DNA from: Planctomycetota bacterium
GTDB taxonomy: Bacteria > Planctomycetota > UBA1135 > UBA2386
Assembly (NCBI GenBank): GCA_046290465.1
Contig: JBKAGP010000001.1
Span: 2,944,001-3,008,000, forward strand
DNA length: 64,000 nt
Direction of reading: 5' to 3'
Below, piece after piece: positions 18,021-28,209 of this stretch. Both the position numbers and the translations under genes were made by a program. Numbering within the stretch: position 1 is the stretch's first letter; the number at the start of each line of letters is the position of its first letter. Below the pieces are notes generated by a model that searched no databases, had not been told where the DNA came from, and was given only the letters and a program-made list of their open reading frames with translations.

Positions 18021-20995
18021 GGGCAACTCTGGCAAAGTGGGTCGGTGACGCTGACGCCCTTCATCACGTGGAACGGTTCGGCTCCTCGCAGCCGCCACTA
18101 CAGCTGAGCTACATCAGGTCACGAGGCGACGACTACTACATTTCCCTCGTCGGCGAGCTCTTCGACAGGCTCCGTGAGCCCTACCGCGATCCGGTCGACT
18201 GGTCACGCCTGGGCAACGCCATCACTCAGGCCGGCGGCGTAGGAGAAGCTCGGGCAAACGCCTACTCCGGTATCATGGCGGCCGAAGCCGCCATCTTTGC
18301 TGCGGCCGCGTTCTACTTCGGCGGTTACTCTGCATCGGCCTACGTCACGTTGAAGACCTGCGACCCGGGTGCCCTCGATGACATTCAGCTCGCGTGCTAC
18401 GAGCTGCTCTCACGTCCACCGGCGATCAGGTCGGCACGTGTGCGTACCCTTGTTGGCGGCGTTCGAAGAGGGAACCTTGAGGTGCTTCGGGCGGAGGGCG
18501 AGTACGCGACTGAGAAGGAGGCATCTGCACTGCACACAGATTCCGGTGAGTGGATCGGCTGGCGGCTATTCGGGCGGGTCCTCTCCAAGTTCGAGCGAAC
18601 TAACGTCCGTGCAGTTCTACCCGATGGCGAATCGGGATTCTGGGACCCGCTAGTGCGGTCGTTCCTCAACCGGACCCCACCTACCTGGGATTTCTTCCCC
18701 TCGCAAATCGATGCCATTAGGAGCGGCCTGCTTGGAAGCGTGGCCTCATTCTCCCTACAGATGCCGACAGGCGCGGGAAAGACAGCTCTCTCTGAGACCC
18801 TCCTCTTTCACCACCTCAACCGCAACCCGCAGGATGTGGCCATCCTGCTCGTCCCCTTTCGCTCGCTCGCGGCAGAGCTTCGCGGCAGCCTTGCAAAGCG
18901 CTTGAGCAACATGGGCCTTCCCACCAGGTGTGCGTATGGAGGTACCGTGCCCACCGGCGAAGAAGTCAGAGACCTCGATGCAGCACGCGCGATCGTCGCA
19001 ACGCCTGAGGCACTATCGGGCCTGCTCAGCGCAGAGCCGGACTTCTACTCCCGAGTATCCCTCGTCATCTGCGACGAAGGGCACCTCCTCGATGGTGAGG
19101 CGCGCGGGGTCGGACTTGAGTTGCTGCTCGCCCGCATGCGCGCCCGCGAGAAAGGCCCGCCAAAGTTCGTCTTCGTTTCCGCGATCGTCCCGAACATCGA
19201 GGAGATCAACGTGTGGCTTGGCGGCACGGATCAGACCGTCGTTCGCAGTGACTACCGCCCGGCTCTCGCAGAGTTCGCAGCGCTGCAGGTAGCTGGCAAA
19301 GGCGCCGCCATGACGGTCGCGCTTCAGCTTCACCCACACCAAGCCGCATCCACGTTCTCTATCGAACGATTCCTGAGCCGTGATGACTTTCGCCACCGCA
19401 ATCCCACTACGAACCGGCTGAACACATACCCTTTCAAATCTGTGAAGGCCCAAGCCATCGCAGCAGCACGGAAGTCGCTCTCGATGGGGTCCGTTGCCGT
19501 GTTCGCGGCCAACAAGAGAGGCACTCAGGGAGCCGTAGGGCTCGCTCATGAACTCCTCCAACAACTGGCGAGCCTGCTGCCCCTGCCCGCCCCCATGCAG
19601 TTCGTCGGGGATGCGGTGAAGCTGCAGTCGGCAGTTGAGCACTTCACCCTGGAATACGGCGCTTCCTGGGTGGGCACACGAACACTTGCGGCAGGAGCCA
19701 TACTGCATCATGGAGACATTCCGCAAGAGAGCAGGGAAGTCGTGGAATCGCTGATTCGCGACAAAGACGTTCGCCTTGCCATCTGCACCAACACTTTGGC
19801 GGAAGGCGTCAACCTGCCGATCAGGACGTTGGTCCTCTACTCCGTGCAGCGTCGTGGCCCCAACGGAGCAGCAGAGAACCTGCTCGCGCGCGACATCAAG
19901 AACCTCGTCGGGCGCGCTGGACGAGCTGGGGCAACCACCAAGGGGCTGGTCATCTGCGCCAACCCTGGACAATGGCAACTTGTCGCCCCCGTGGCCGAGC
20001 AACAGCCAGGCGAACGCGTCTCCGGGGCACTGCTCGAGTTGATGGGGCGCGTCGAGTCAGCACTGAGCCAGCGGAGCATCACCCTCACAAACGACATCCT
20101 TGAGGGTGCGACGGCGCTTCACACTCTGATCGACGGCATCGATGCAACGCTTATCGATCTTGCCGCCGAGGAGCTAGGCGAAGATGAACTCGTGCGCATG
20201 GCCGGAGAGCTTTCGAGCCAGACTTTCGCGGCCCGCCAAGCTCAACAAACGACCACGGCACTGATGAAACAGGTGTTCGAGCTGCGTGCTCAACGCGTGG
20301 CAGCCATCAAGGGAGCGGGGAGACTCGCATGGATCCGAGAAACGGGTACGCGAGCACGAATGCTGGAGTCGGTGGAGGTCAATCTGTTACCCATGCGACA
20401 ACGCTGGGATGACATCGAAACGCCAACCGATCCGGAGTTGACAGAGACACTGCTGGTCTGGGCGTGGGGCCTTCCCGAGGTAGCCGAGGCACTCGACGAG
20501 GCCTACCGGGGATCCCCCCCATCGCGGTCGAGTTTCGCCAGGATCTTGGAGGCGTGGATCGACGGCCGATCTCTGGCGGAGATCGCCAGCCAGACGGAAA
20601 CCGATATCGACACCATGCTCGGCGTTCATTCCCGGGTCGTCAGCTACGTCCTCCAGGTAGCCGTCGAGCAGGGCATCGGGCTGCTAAGGAAGCTGCTCGA
20701 CGCGAATAACCTCGAACTGTCTAAGGCCGTTGCGGACTTCCCCGAGCACCTACGCTTCGGTGTCCCAACGCCTGCCGGAAGATTGCTCGCAGCTGGCGGA
20801 GTCAGGCACCGACGAGCTGCTGTAGCGCTTGGCCGCAGCCCTGAGCTTGCGTCGGATCGTGGAGATGACCGAGAAGCCGTCCTCTCCGTAGCCCGACACC
20901 TGCTCGAAGACCGCGAAAGGTGGCTGCCTTCGATGGGGACTCTGGTGCTGGAGAACACGATACTCGACCTCATGGCTGCGCGAGGAACTGGATAG
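18017..20995 (+). CDS. hamB: Hachiman HamB-like SF2 (Ski2-like) helicase
   Basis: MPTGAGKT, TPE, DEGH, HHGD, TLAEGVNLP, GRAGRAG; helical N-terminal domain; coupled to the hamA-like gene. Confidence 0.8.
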   Translation: MRATLAKWVGDADALHHVERFGSSQPPLQLSYIRSRGDDYYISLVGELFDRLREPYRDPVDWSRLGNAITQAGGVGEARANAYSGIMAAEAAIFAAAAFYFGGYSASAYVTLKTCDPGALDDIQLACYELLSRPPAIRSARVRTLVGGVRRGNLEVLRAEGEYATEKEASALHTDSGEWIGWRLFGRVLSKFERTNVRAVLPDGESGFWDPLVRSFLNRTPPTWDFFPSQIDAIRSGLLGSVASFSLQMPTGAGKTALSETLLFHHLNRNPQDVAILLVPFRSLAAELRGSLAKRLSNMGLPTRCAYGGTVPTGEEVRDLDAARAIVATPEALSGLLSAEPDFYSRVSLVICDEGHLLDGEARGVGLELLLARMRAREKGPPKFVFVSAIVPNIEEINVWLGGTDQTVVRSDYRPALAEFAALQVAGKGAAMTVALQLHPHQAASTFSIERFLSRDDFRHRNPTTNRLNTYPFKSVKAQAIAAARKSLSMGSVAVFAANKRGTQGAVGLAHELLQQLASLLPLPAPMQFVGDAVKLQSAVEHFTLEYGASWVGTRTLAAGAILHHGDIPQESREVVESLIRDKDVRLAICTNTLAEGVNLPIRTLVLYSVQRRGPNGAAENLLARDIKNLVGRAGRAGATTKGLVICANPGQWQLVAPVAEQQPGERVSGALLELMGRVESALSQRSITLTNDILEGATALHTLIDGIDATLIDLAAEELGEDELVRMAGELSSQTFAARQAQQTTTALMKQVFELRAQRVAAIKGAGRLAWIRETGTRARMLESVEVNLLPMRQRWDDIETPTDPELTETLLVWAWGLPEVAEALDEAYRGSPPSRSSFARILEAWIDGRSLAEIASQTETDIDTMLGVHSRVVSYVLQVAVEQGIGLLRKLLDANNLELSKAVADFPEHLRFGVPTPAGRLLAAGGVRHRRAAVALGRSPELASDRGDDREAVLSVARHLLEDRERWLPSMGTLVLENTILDLMAARGTG

Positions 20996-21278
20996 CAATC
21001 GCGGCTTCGGGCGGATCTTCGCCCGCCCCCGGGAACCTCAAAGTCGGTACCGCGCGGTCCCCTGCCTGCCAGTCGTGCCCGATACTTGGAGCACGCCGAT
21101 TCGCCCGAACAAGGCGCTAGGCAGAGCGGTCACCGGTTGATGAGCGCCAAGACCCAGGTGAGCACCCAGGCCACGGTCAGGTAAGCCACAACCCTGCATC
21201 GAGCGCGCCCGCATGCGGGACATCTCCTGACAAAGCTCGCCCAAGGGACGCCACACCGAGGACAGACGCGTGGAGTTC

Positions 21279-21947
21279 TCATGCTTTGCCGCCGCAGGGC
21301 CCCACCCCATCGATCCCGAACGGTCTTACGACCGTGCGCCGTAGCCGCAAACAGTCGACCGGCAGCTTCCCCAGCCCGGCGACCTTGCGCTCCTTGTTGA
21401 CGGCTCTGAGGAGCGAGAGAAGCTGTCGGCGAACAGGTGCATAGGGCTCGAAGCCGAGGTACTGGAACTCCGCAGCAACCTGTCCGACCGACCGTCGACG
21501 TGCTAGCTCGAGCAGGTAGGCCTTGAGGGAACGGTAGCGCTCCGGGTGGATCCGAACCGAAACATGCCATCGCCGATCAGCACCACGATGCCAACCGATC
21601 GAGTAGCCGCCGAAAGCGATCGGCTGGAGCCGAACGTCCCTGACCTGCGAGGCCGAGTGCTCCTCGTAGAACCGATGGCCCTCTCGCGGCTCGGTGGCAC
21701 ACAACACGAAGAACCGCCGAAACCGGATGTACTGGACGTTGGGCAGACCCGCCCGCTTGCGCCGCGCACGGACGAACTTCGACACGCCGAGCTCGTAGCG
21801 CTCGATCATCCGCTCGTCCACGGCGCGTGGGTCCTTGTGCGGTGGGATCTCACCGACGACGTAGTGATGGTAGCCGTGGCGGACGTAGCAGCACGCAAGC
21901 TGCTGGACGAACCCCGCCACGGACGTGGCTTCACACCTGTAGTTCAC
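21279..21947 (-). CDS. Basic conserved hypothetical protein
   Basis: Protein-like core SVAGFVQQLACCYVRHGYHHY...NVQYIRFRRFFVLCAT...FEPYAPVRRQL; probable GTG start 21947 (ORF track extends to 22280). Confidence 0.65.
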   Translation of the reverse strand: MNYRCEATSVAGFVQQLACCYVRHGYHHYVVGEIPPHKDPRAVDERMIERYELGVSKFVRARRKRAGLPNVQYIRFRRFFVLCATEPREGHRFYEEHSASQVRDVRLQPIAFGGYSIGWHRGADRRWHVSVRIHPERYRSLKAYLLELARRRSVGQVAAEFQYLGFEPYAPVRRQLLSLLRAVNKERKVAGLGKLPVDCLRLRRTVVRPFGIDGVGPCGGKA

Positions 21948-23360
21948 AACTGCACCTATCAACTTCCTGGCACCTCTCCGCTCCACAGAACGGACAAGTG
22001 CGGAGCGTTTACGGGCACGCTCCAAGCCGCTGAACCTTCCGGCCAGCGACCATCGCCCAACCATGTTGATCACCTCCTTGGCAACCTCGTTGCGCGCATA
22101 CCCACATTCCAGATCGCACGCCCGCAGGGCGTGTCCAATCCATGATGGTTGCGCTAGACCTCCTTGCGACGGCCGCCGGATAAACCTCCGGCGTCCATCG
22201 TCATCCTGTCGCCGCAGGGGGCGGCTCCTCCCGGAGCACTTCCCTACCCCCTGCAGCCACAAGTCGTGCTTACCAAGCAACCGTCACCTCGAGTGACGTT
22301 TCGTTCGCTCGTCGCTGCTTTCGTCGTCGCTGTGCTCGCCGGGGCCAACCGGCGTGCGCGAACGCGGGTCCTGACTGCCTTGCCAGGAAGAAGTCGCACG
22401 AAGACTCCTTCGAGACCCTTCGGTCTCGCCACCGCTCGGGCTCCCGCCCGACTTCTACTTGCAGCTCGCTCCCAGACTCGAGCCTTTGAATCACCTGGTC
22501 GACAGCCAGGCACCGGGCACCTCCCCGGCAGCTCGAGTCCTTCCCCGATTAGTGGACCACGTCGAAGCATGGGTCACGTTGCTAGCGGCGTTTCACGCCG
22601 CGGCACGAGCCCGTGAAGCCTAGTCTCCCGACCGGTGCTTCACTCTCCCCGGAGCAGGTCCTCCGGGATTTCAGGCGGCAGAATGCAGAAGCTCCGCCTT
22701 ACAGACCGGACAGGTGCGTTCGCAGTTCGGCACCGTCTCCCATGCTTCTGACCAGCAAGCCCTCGCGGGCCTTTCACCGTTGAACTTTTCACGGCCGAGG
22801 GACTTTCCCTCGGTCCCCGGACTTGTCAGGTCCGGTCGATTCGCCTCGCGGCGATCGAGCTCCCGGCGCTGGCTTGCGTTGAACGGACGCGGTGTCGATC
22901 ACGACAACCGGGCCCGGACCCCGCAGGTGGATTTGGCAGCACGCCTCTTCCTCGCTTGCTCGATGGCACCCGCCACGACGGACGGGCAATCGCACGAGTC
23001 ATGCCCGTGCGGGGCAAGCGGGGTGTCGGCGCCTTCGCTACCTCACCAACTTCGTCATCCACGACCACTCGGAGTTCCACCGCGTGGCGTGTCTCGGTCG
23101 TCCCGCCTCCGAAGCGCGGGATCACCATGAGATAGAATGAGCGGATTGACGTTCGACGCATGTTCGGGAGAGGGGCACCGCGCCCCTCGGAACCGATCCC
23201 GAGAGCGCGGGCGCCAAGGCCCGATGGATTCGAACGGATTACTCGCTCAAGCCTCTCTCGCACTGGACGAGCCCGTCTCCGGGCATCCAGCGCTACGAGC
23301 CAACATCACGGCAGGCGGTGAACCCTGCCCCCTTAGCCTGGTGGCTACCAGGTTTGCCGG

Positions 23361-24053
23361 GTGATGCTGCGGCACTTCGAGGCGACGTCAGACCGTGTTT
23401 CGAGTTCTGACGACGAGGAGCCCCTGTGGAGCTCCATGAGACCAGGGTACCATGACACGCAAGGCCTTGGCAAAGCGCCGCCACACCGGAGCATGCAAGG
23501 CAGCCAACATCAACGGAGAACCACCATCATCGACTCGGAACTCAAGCGAGCGGCATACCACGAGGCCGGCCACCTTGTCGTCATGAGGCATCACGGAGTA
23601 ATGATCCGCACAGCCATCGCCCGGACGAATGGCGACGGACGCGCGAGCCACTACGAACCGCCTCAAGACGATCTTGGCACCCACCTCGATCTCTACATGA
23701 GCGGCCCCGCTGCAGAGTGCCTCATCGGCGAAGAGCTAGCCCCTCCGAACCCCGCCGAGCTCATCGACCTCCAGAGCCTTCCTCCCATCAGGTGTCCGGA
23801 CCACCTGGAGGCCATGTGCATCTTCAGAGAGAGGCGGCCTGACGAGGGGTTCGGAGGAATGTCCAAAGCCCTCTGGGAATCGCACAGGAGATGCCACGAC
23901 ATCTTGGCGCTGCAGGGCATTGCGCTCCAGCATGTCGCCGAAGCCCTTCACACGAGGCCGAACAAATGCGTGCCCGGCCACCTGATCGACCGAGTTCTGG
24001 ATGAACACTGGATGCACGGCCCCGCCTTGGGCAACGAGGAGCCCCTCGCATGA
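23361..24053 (+). CDS. Peptidase M41-like HExxH protein
   Basis: AAYHEAGHLVV and downstream GPAAE; no ATPase or TM domain; true start probably internal. Confidence 0.65.
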   Translation: MMLRHFEATSDRVSSSDDEEPLWSSMRPGYHDTQGLGKAPPHRSMQGSQHQRRTTIIDSELKRAAYHEAGHLVVMRHHGVMIRTAIARTNGDGRASHYEPPQDDLGTHLDLYMSGPAAECLIGEELAPPNPAELIDLQSLPPIRCPDHLEAMCIFRERRPDEGFGGMSKALWESHRRCHDILALQGIALQHVAEALHTRPNKCVPGHLIDRVLDEHWMHGPALGNEEPLA

Positions 24054-25186
24054 CGTCCGTTTTCATCAGTTCCGTCATGAGTGGCATGGAGGACATGCGC
24101 GCGGCTGCCGTAGCGGCGTGCGAGTCCGTTGGCGTCGACCTCATTCGCGCGGAGGACTTTGTAACCGACGGGGCAACGCCTCGAGGAGCTTGCCTTCGCG
24201 GCGTTGCGCAAGCCGATGCAATGATCCTCCTTCTCGGCCAACGATACGGGGCGAAACTAGACAGCGGGCGATCCGCCACGGCGGAGGAGTTCGCCGAAGC
24301 CAAGCGGCACAACAAGGACATCCTGGTCTTCAGGACAAGCGCCGACCCCGAATCGGATCAGTCTGCATTCATCGCCGAGGTTGGCGCGTGGCAAGGCGGA
24401 CTCTCCTACAAGCTGTGCTCGTCTTCCATTGAGCTGCAGAAGGAGCTTGTCCGAAGCCTGTTGCAATGGAGCTCCGCCCCACCGGTCGGAGACATTGACC
24501 GCCGAGTTAGCAGCAACTTGTCCAAGGTCGTCCCATCGACCAACTCAAACTACCTCGGAAGCGATCCACCTCGGCTCGCGATCTCGTGGACCCCGAGCCA
24601 GCCGCTCATGCTCAACGAAGACGTCGTCTTCGATCACCTCCCCGATGTGGCTGGCGACCTTCTTGTCGCCGGCCCAACCAGACTCCTCGACGCGCGCCCG
24701 ACCCATTCGACCGAGCCGGACGGAATTGCGCTCCAAAACCGCGACCAGGAGCCCCCCATGCTCCGTGGCTGGATCGGAACGGACCTCTCCATTGCTATCT
24801 GCGTCGGAATCGTCCAAGGCCACTCGCACAATCACGACGGGATGATGACTCCCATGTTCTTCCTCTCGCCGAGCGACCTCCACAGAGCAACAAGCAGGCT
24901 GCTCGCATTCGTAGGTGCAGTGCTCGGCCACGTGGACTCCGATCGACGGTGCAACGGTGGGCGTATTCAGTTCTGCCTGTCGGGAATGGGATCCCGAGTG
25001 ATTGGCGAAGCGCAACCGGGCCAGTCATCGTTTCAGGTGAACATGCACAACGGCGGACGAGACGGCGGCGACATCGTCACTCCGGCGCATCCAGAGGCCA
25101 TCGTGAGATCCCAACTTGCGGCTGAGAGCGCCGCAGTCGAACGAGTGCTCAAGAGACTGATCCGGCAGTGCGGCGGGGGATCATAG
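24050..25186 (+). CDS. DUF4062-domain protein with an unknown C-terminal domain
   Basis: VFISSVM...CLRGVAQADAMILLLGQRYG...SATAEEFAEA; ATGA overlap with the upstream gene. Confidence 0.85.
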   Translation: MTSVFISSVMSGMEDMRAAAVAACESVGVDLIRAEDFVTDGATPRGACLRGVAQADAMILLLGQRYGAKLDSGRSATAEEFAEAKRHNKDILVFRTSADPESDQSAFIAEVGAWQGGLSYKLCSSSIELQKELVRSLLQWSSAPPVGDIDRRVSSNLSKVVPSTNSNYLGSDPPRLAISWTPSQPLMLNEDVVFDHLPDVAGDLLVAGPTRLLDARPTHSTEPDGIALQNRDQEPPMLRGWIGTDLSIAICVGIVQGHSHNHDGMMTPMFFLSPSDLHRATSRLLAFVGAVLGHVDSDRRCNGGRIQFCLSGMGSRVIGEAQPGQSSFQVNMHNGGRDGGDIVTPAHPEAIVRSQLAAESAAVERVLKRLIRQCGGGS

Positions 25187-25293
25187 CCCGACAAGCAACC
25201 GACATCGGCGCCCCAGGGGAAGTCTCGAACGCGACCGGAGGGCCGAACGCGGAAACAGAGCCCAAGCGAGAACCTCCTCTGAGGCGACGCACG

Positions 25294-26610
25294 TCAATGT
25301 CGCCGTCCCGGAGTCTGGAGCAACCGCTCCAGCACGACGGTCGCCGCCAAGTCTCCCGTCACGTTCACCGCGGTTCGCGACATATCAAGGATGCGGTCGA
25401 CTCCCAAGATCATGGCCACTCCACCGGCCGGGACCCCGATGCCCTGAAGCACTGATGCCAGGATGACGATGCCGACTCCAGGAGTGCTCGGCGATCCAAT
25501 CGAAGCACCGATCGTCGTGCAAGCCAGCAACGCCATCTCACCGAGGCTGAGGTCCACACCAAACACCTGGGTCATGAATACGGCAGCAGTCACCTGATAG
25601 AGCGCTGTTCCGTCCATGTTCACGGTCGCTCCAAGCGGAATGACGAACTGCACGACCGGTCGTGACGCCCCCAGGCTTTCCTCTGCGATCTTCATCGACA
25701 GCGGCATAACGGCGGCAGAACTCGAGGTGGAGAACGCAAGCAACTGCGCATCACGAATGCGGGCGAGAAACTGCAACGGCCCCTGCTTCCCCAACCACCG
25801 CACGAGCAAGGAGTAGACGACGATCAGTGCTACGAGTCCAAGAAGGACGGTCGCCACGTAGGCCCCAAGCCCCGCGAGGGCATTCGCTCCAGTACGCGTC
25901 ATCACTTGCGCCAAGAGCCCAAAAACCGCAACTGGTGCAAGCGCCATCGCCCACCCGACAACCTTGAGTGCAAGCTCCTGCGTCGCCTGGAGAATCCGAA
26001 TGAGGAGTTCGCGGGACTCGGATCTGAGCCCTACCAGCGCGACGCCAACCAACATCGCGAACACCACCAACTGCAGCATGCTTCGGTGAAGAAGAGCGCT
26101 CGACGGATTGCTCGGAATGATCTCTGCAATGCGTTCGGGCAACAGTCTTGATGAAGCCCCCGTCTCGACTGGCATGCCCCCCTGATCGGTGACACCATCG
26201 AACGACGCACCATCGACGAGGTGACCTGGCCCGATCAGGGTAGCAAGGGTGATCCCGATCAGCACCGCGATACAGGTCGTCGCTACGAAGTAGGGAAGAA
26301 CTCGGAGCCCCACGCGCTTGAGAAACTCCGCTGACCCACCAGACGCGATCCCCAGGATGACCGACGAGAGCACCAGCGGCACGACCATCATCTGGATCAG
26401 CGCCATGAAGACATGACCCGGCAAGGCCAGCCAGCACGCAATCAGTCTCGCGCCGCTCTCCGCAAAGAGACCACCTCCCGAGGGGGAGAGGGCCAAGCCA
26501 ACGCCCACGCCCAGCGCCATCCCTATGAGAACCTGCAGCCATAGGCGACTCCGAACGTAAGCCGCAATGCGCCGCAAGAGCCCTTGTGACCCTACTTCAC
26601 GATTTCTCAT
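25294..26610 (-). CDS. Dicarboxylate/amino acid:cation symporter (DAACS family)
   Basis: AFSTSSSAAVMP, PLGATVNMDGTA, GVDRILDMSRTAVNVTGD; AGGAGG RBS. Confidence 0.93.
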   Translation of the reverse strand: MRNREVGSQGLLRRIAAYVRSRLWLQVLIGMALGVGVGLALSPSGGGLFAESGARLIACWLALPGHVFMALIQMMVVPLVLSSVILGIASGGSAEFLKRVGLRVLPYFVATTCIAVLIGITLATLIGPGHLVDGASFDGVTDQGGMPVETGASSRLLPERIAEIIPSNPSSALLHRSMLQLVVFAMLVGVALVGLRSESRELLIRILQATQELALKVVGWAMALAPVAVFGLLAQVMTRTGANALAGLGAYVATVLLGLVALIVVYSLLVRWLGKQGPLQFLARIRDAQLLAFSTSSSAAVMPLSMKIAEESLGASRPVVQFVIPLGATVNMDGTALYQVTAAVFMTQVFGVDLSLGEMALLACTTIGASIGSPSTPGVGIVILASVLQGIGVPAGGVAMILGVDRILDMSRTAVNVTGDLAATVVLERLLQTPGRRH

Positions 26611-26840
26611 CATGCCTCCTGGAAGCGCTCCGGGATGCACAGCATCCCGCCGATGAATCCCAGCCGCGCGGCATGACTTGCTCCCTATCGCCTCGCAACT
26701 CCAGCCGACTCACGCAGCGGCGAGGTCTCGCCGACACAATCCAGAGTGATCAGGCTTCGGACCGAAAGCGGCGACATGCATGTAAGTAGCCCCGCAGTCG
26801 CAGCGGCGAGACCTCGCGGCCCCAGCGCTGCGCGGGCCCC

Positions 26841-27143
26841 CTACTTGCGCTTTGCCGACTGCCCAGCGGCGTCCATTCCCGCAAGCAACTGCTCTACAGT
26901 TGTCGCATTGGGGTCAAGGCTGACGACGATATCGGCCGAACCAGGCTCGACCTCGATTCCCGACACGCCAGGGAGCTTGGTCACGGCACCACGCACGGTG
27001 GCGGCACAACCGCCTCAAGTCGGCGTCTTGTCCAGGACAAGGTGGACTTGGGTAGACGTGAGCTGAGAGTCGTGCTTGACCGTGCTGCAGCCAGCGAATG
27101 ACAGCGCGACGATGACTGCGCAGGCAATCCAGAGATGCTTCAT
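26841..27143 (-). CDS. Putative selenocysteine-containing HMA-domain lipoprotein (U43 in TPT-U-GGC)
   Basis: Lipobox FAGC at C19; in-frame TGA 27015-27017 followed by GGCAATVRGAVTKLPGVSGIEVEPGSADIVVSLDPNATTVEQLLAGMDAAG, an HMA-fold continuation; TAG at 26841; 100 aa with readthrough. Confidence 0.85.
26979..27011 (-). promoter_or_regulatory. SECIS-like hairpin after the in-frame UGA
   Basis: GGUUGUG-C-CGCCAC [CGUGC] GUGGUG-C-CGUGACC; the loop starts 17 nt after the UGA and has G at position 2. Confidence 0.7.
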
Positions 27144-27254
27144 GATTAGGGTTCTGGGTGTTGTTGGATGAACCGAGACGCAAGCCCGAAACGCAGGGCT
27201 GCACAAGGCCATCCGCAACCACCATGCCACGCCGAGCAGCTAGCACATGACTTG

Positions 27255-27935
27255 CTACCCCGGCGACTTGCGCGCTGCATCGACAACCGCAATGTACTTC
27301 GCGGGATTCTCATCGATGTTCGCAAGGCAGTCTGGACAACAAACCCGAATCAGGCGACCCGCGACAACAGCTTCCAGGTACGGGGGCGCAGGCAGGCCTA
27401 TCGGACGACCACTCACGGGGCAGCTACTGAGGCCGTAGCCGTCTGCCTGGGAACGCGCGGCAGCCCTGCTCAGAGCATCGAGGAACTTGCTCGGCCCCTT
27501 CATGACGGCCTCCCTCTCGTCGCTCGAATCAACCCTGACGAGCCGGTTGCCTACGACGAACTCGACGGGGCGTGCCGGCAACTGCCTCCCGGTCACGACT
27601 GAATCCCTCATCGCGTAGATCCCCTCCTGGTCCGCTACGATCCACCGGTCAACCTCTGCAAAACTGCTCACCAGATCCTGACCGAACAACCGCGAACACT
27701 GACTGCAACAGAACCGCACCTCGCGACCGCCGTAGGACTTGATGAGCCCAGTCTTGGTCACGGCCAAGTCCTCACCTGAAACTGGGCAGGTGGCGAACGG
27801 GTAGGGGTCACCGATCCTGAAGTAAGGCCGAGAGACTCGAAACGCACTCGGCGCAATGCGGTTGCGAACTCCTCCCGCACCCGAGCCACGGGGCGCCGCG
27901 CACGCAAGAAGGAACACGGCGAGCACGATTGCCAC
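27255..27935 (-). CDS. Putative lipoprotein with tandem YHS/TRASH-like Cys motifs
   Basis: YPFATCPVSG...EVRFCCSQC and CPVSG...IRVCCPDC; LLAC lipobox; start uncertain (ORF track gives 28121); paralog of 31332..32045. Confidence 0.75.
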   Translation of the reverse strand: MAIVLAVFLLACAAPRGSGAGGVRNRIAPSAFRVSRPYFRIGDPYPFATCPVSGEDLAVTKTGLIKSYGGREVRFCCSQCSRLFGQDLVSSFAEVDRWIVADQEGIYAMRDSVVTGRQLPARPVEFVVGNRLVRVDSSDEREAVMKGPSKFLDALSRAAARSQADGYGLSSCPVSGRPIGLPAPPYLEAVVAGRLIRVCCPDCLANIDENPAKYIAVVDAARKSPG

Positions 27936-28209
27936 CCCCGAGACCGAAAGGGACCGTGCGAACGAGCGCCAGAAGCACCGCCGAGACCAGCGTGCTGGAC
28001 AACCATTATTGCAACGCATCGCGACACAAAGACAGCAACGTGCGTGCCTCGCCGCGCAACCCTCGATCACCGCCCACCGACCACCACGGGGACAGCCCAA
28101 TTCGCACGGCCATCCCGGCAACGAAACCTGTCAGCGCCGTCGCTGTCCGGCCAAACACATGGCGGCCGAGGGCACCGCCACGCGTGGCGGCTCAGCGCGC
28201 GCGGCCTCA

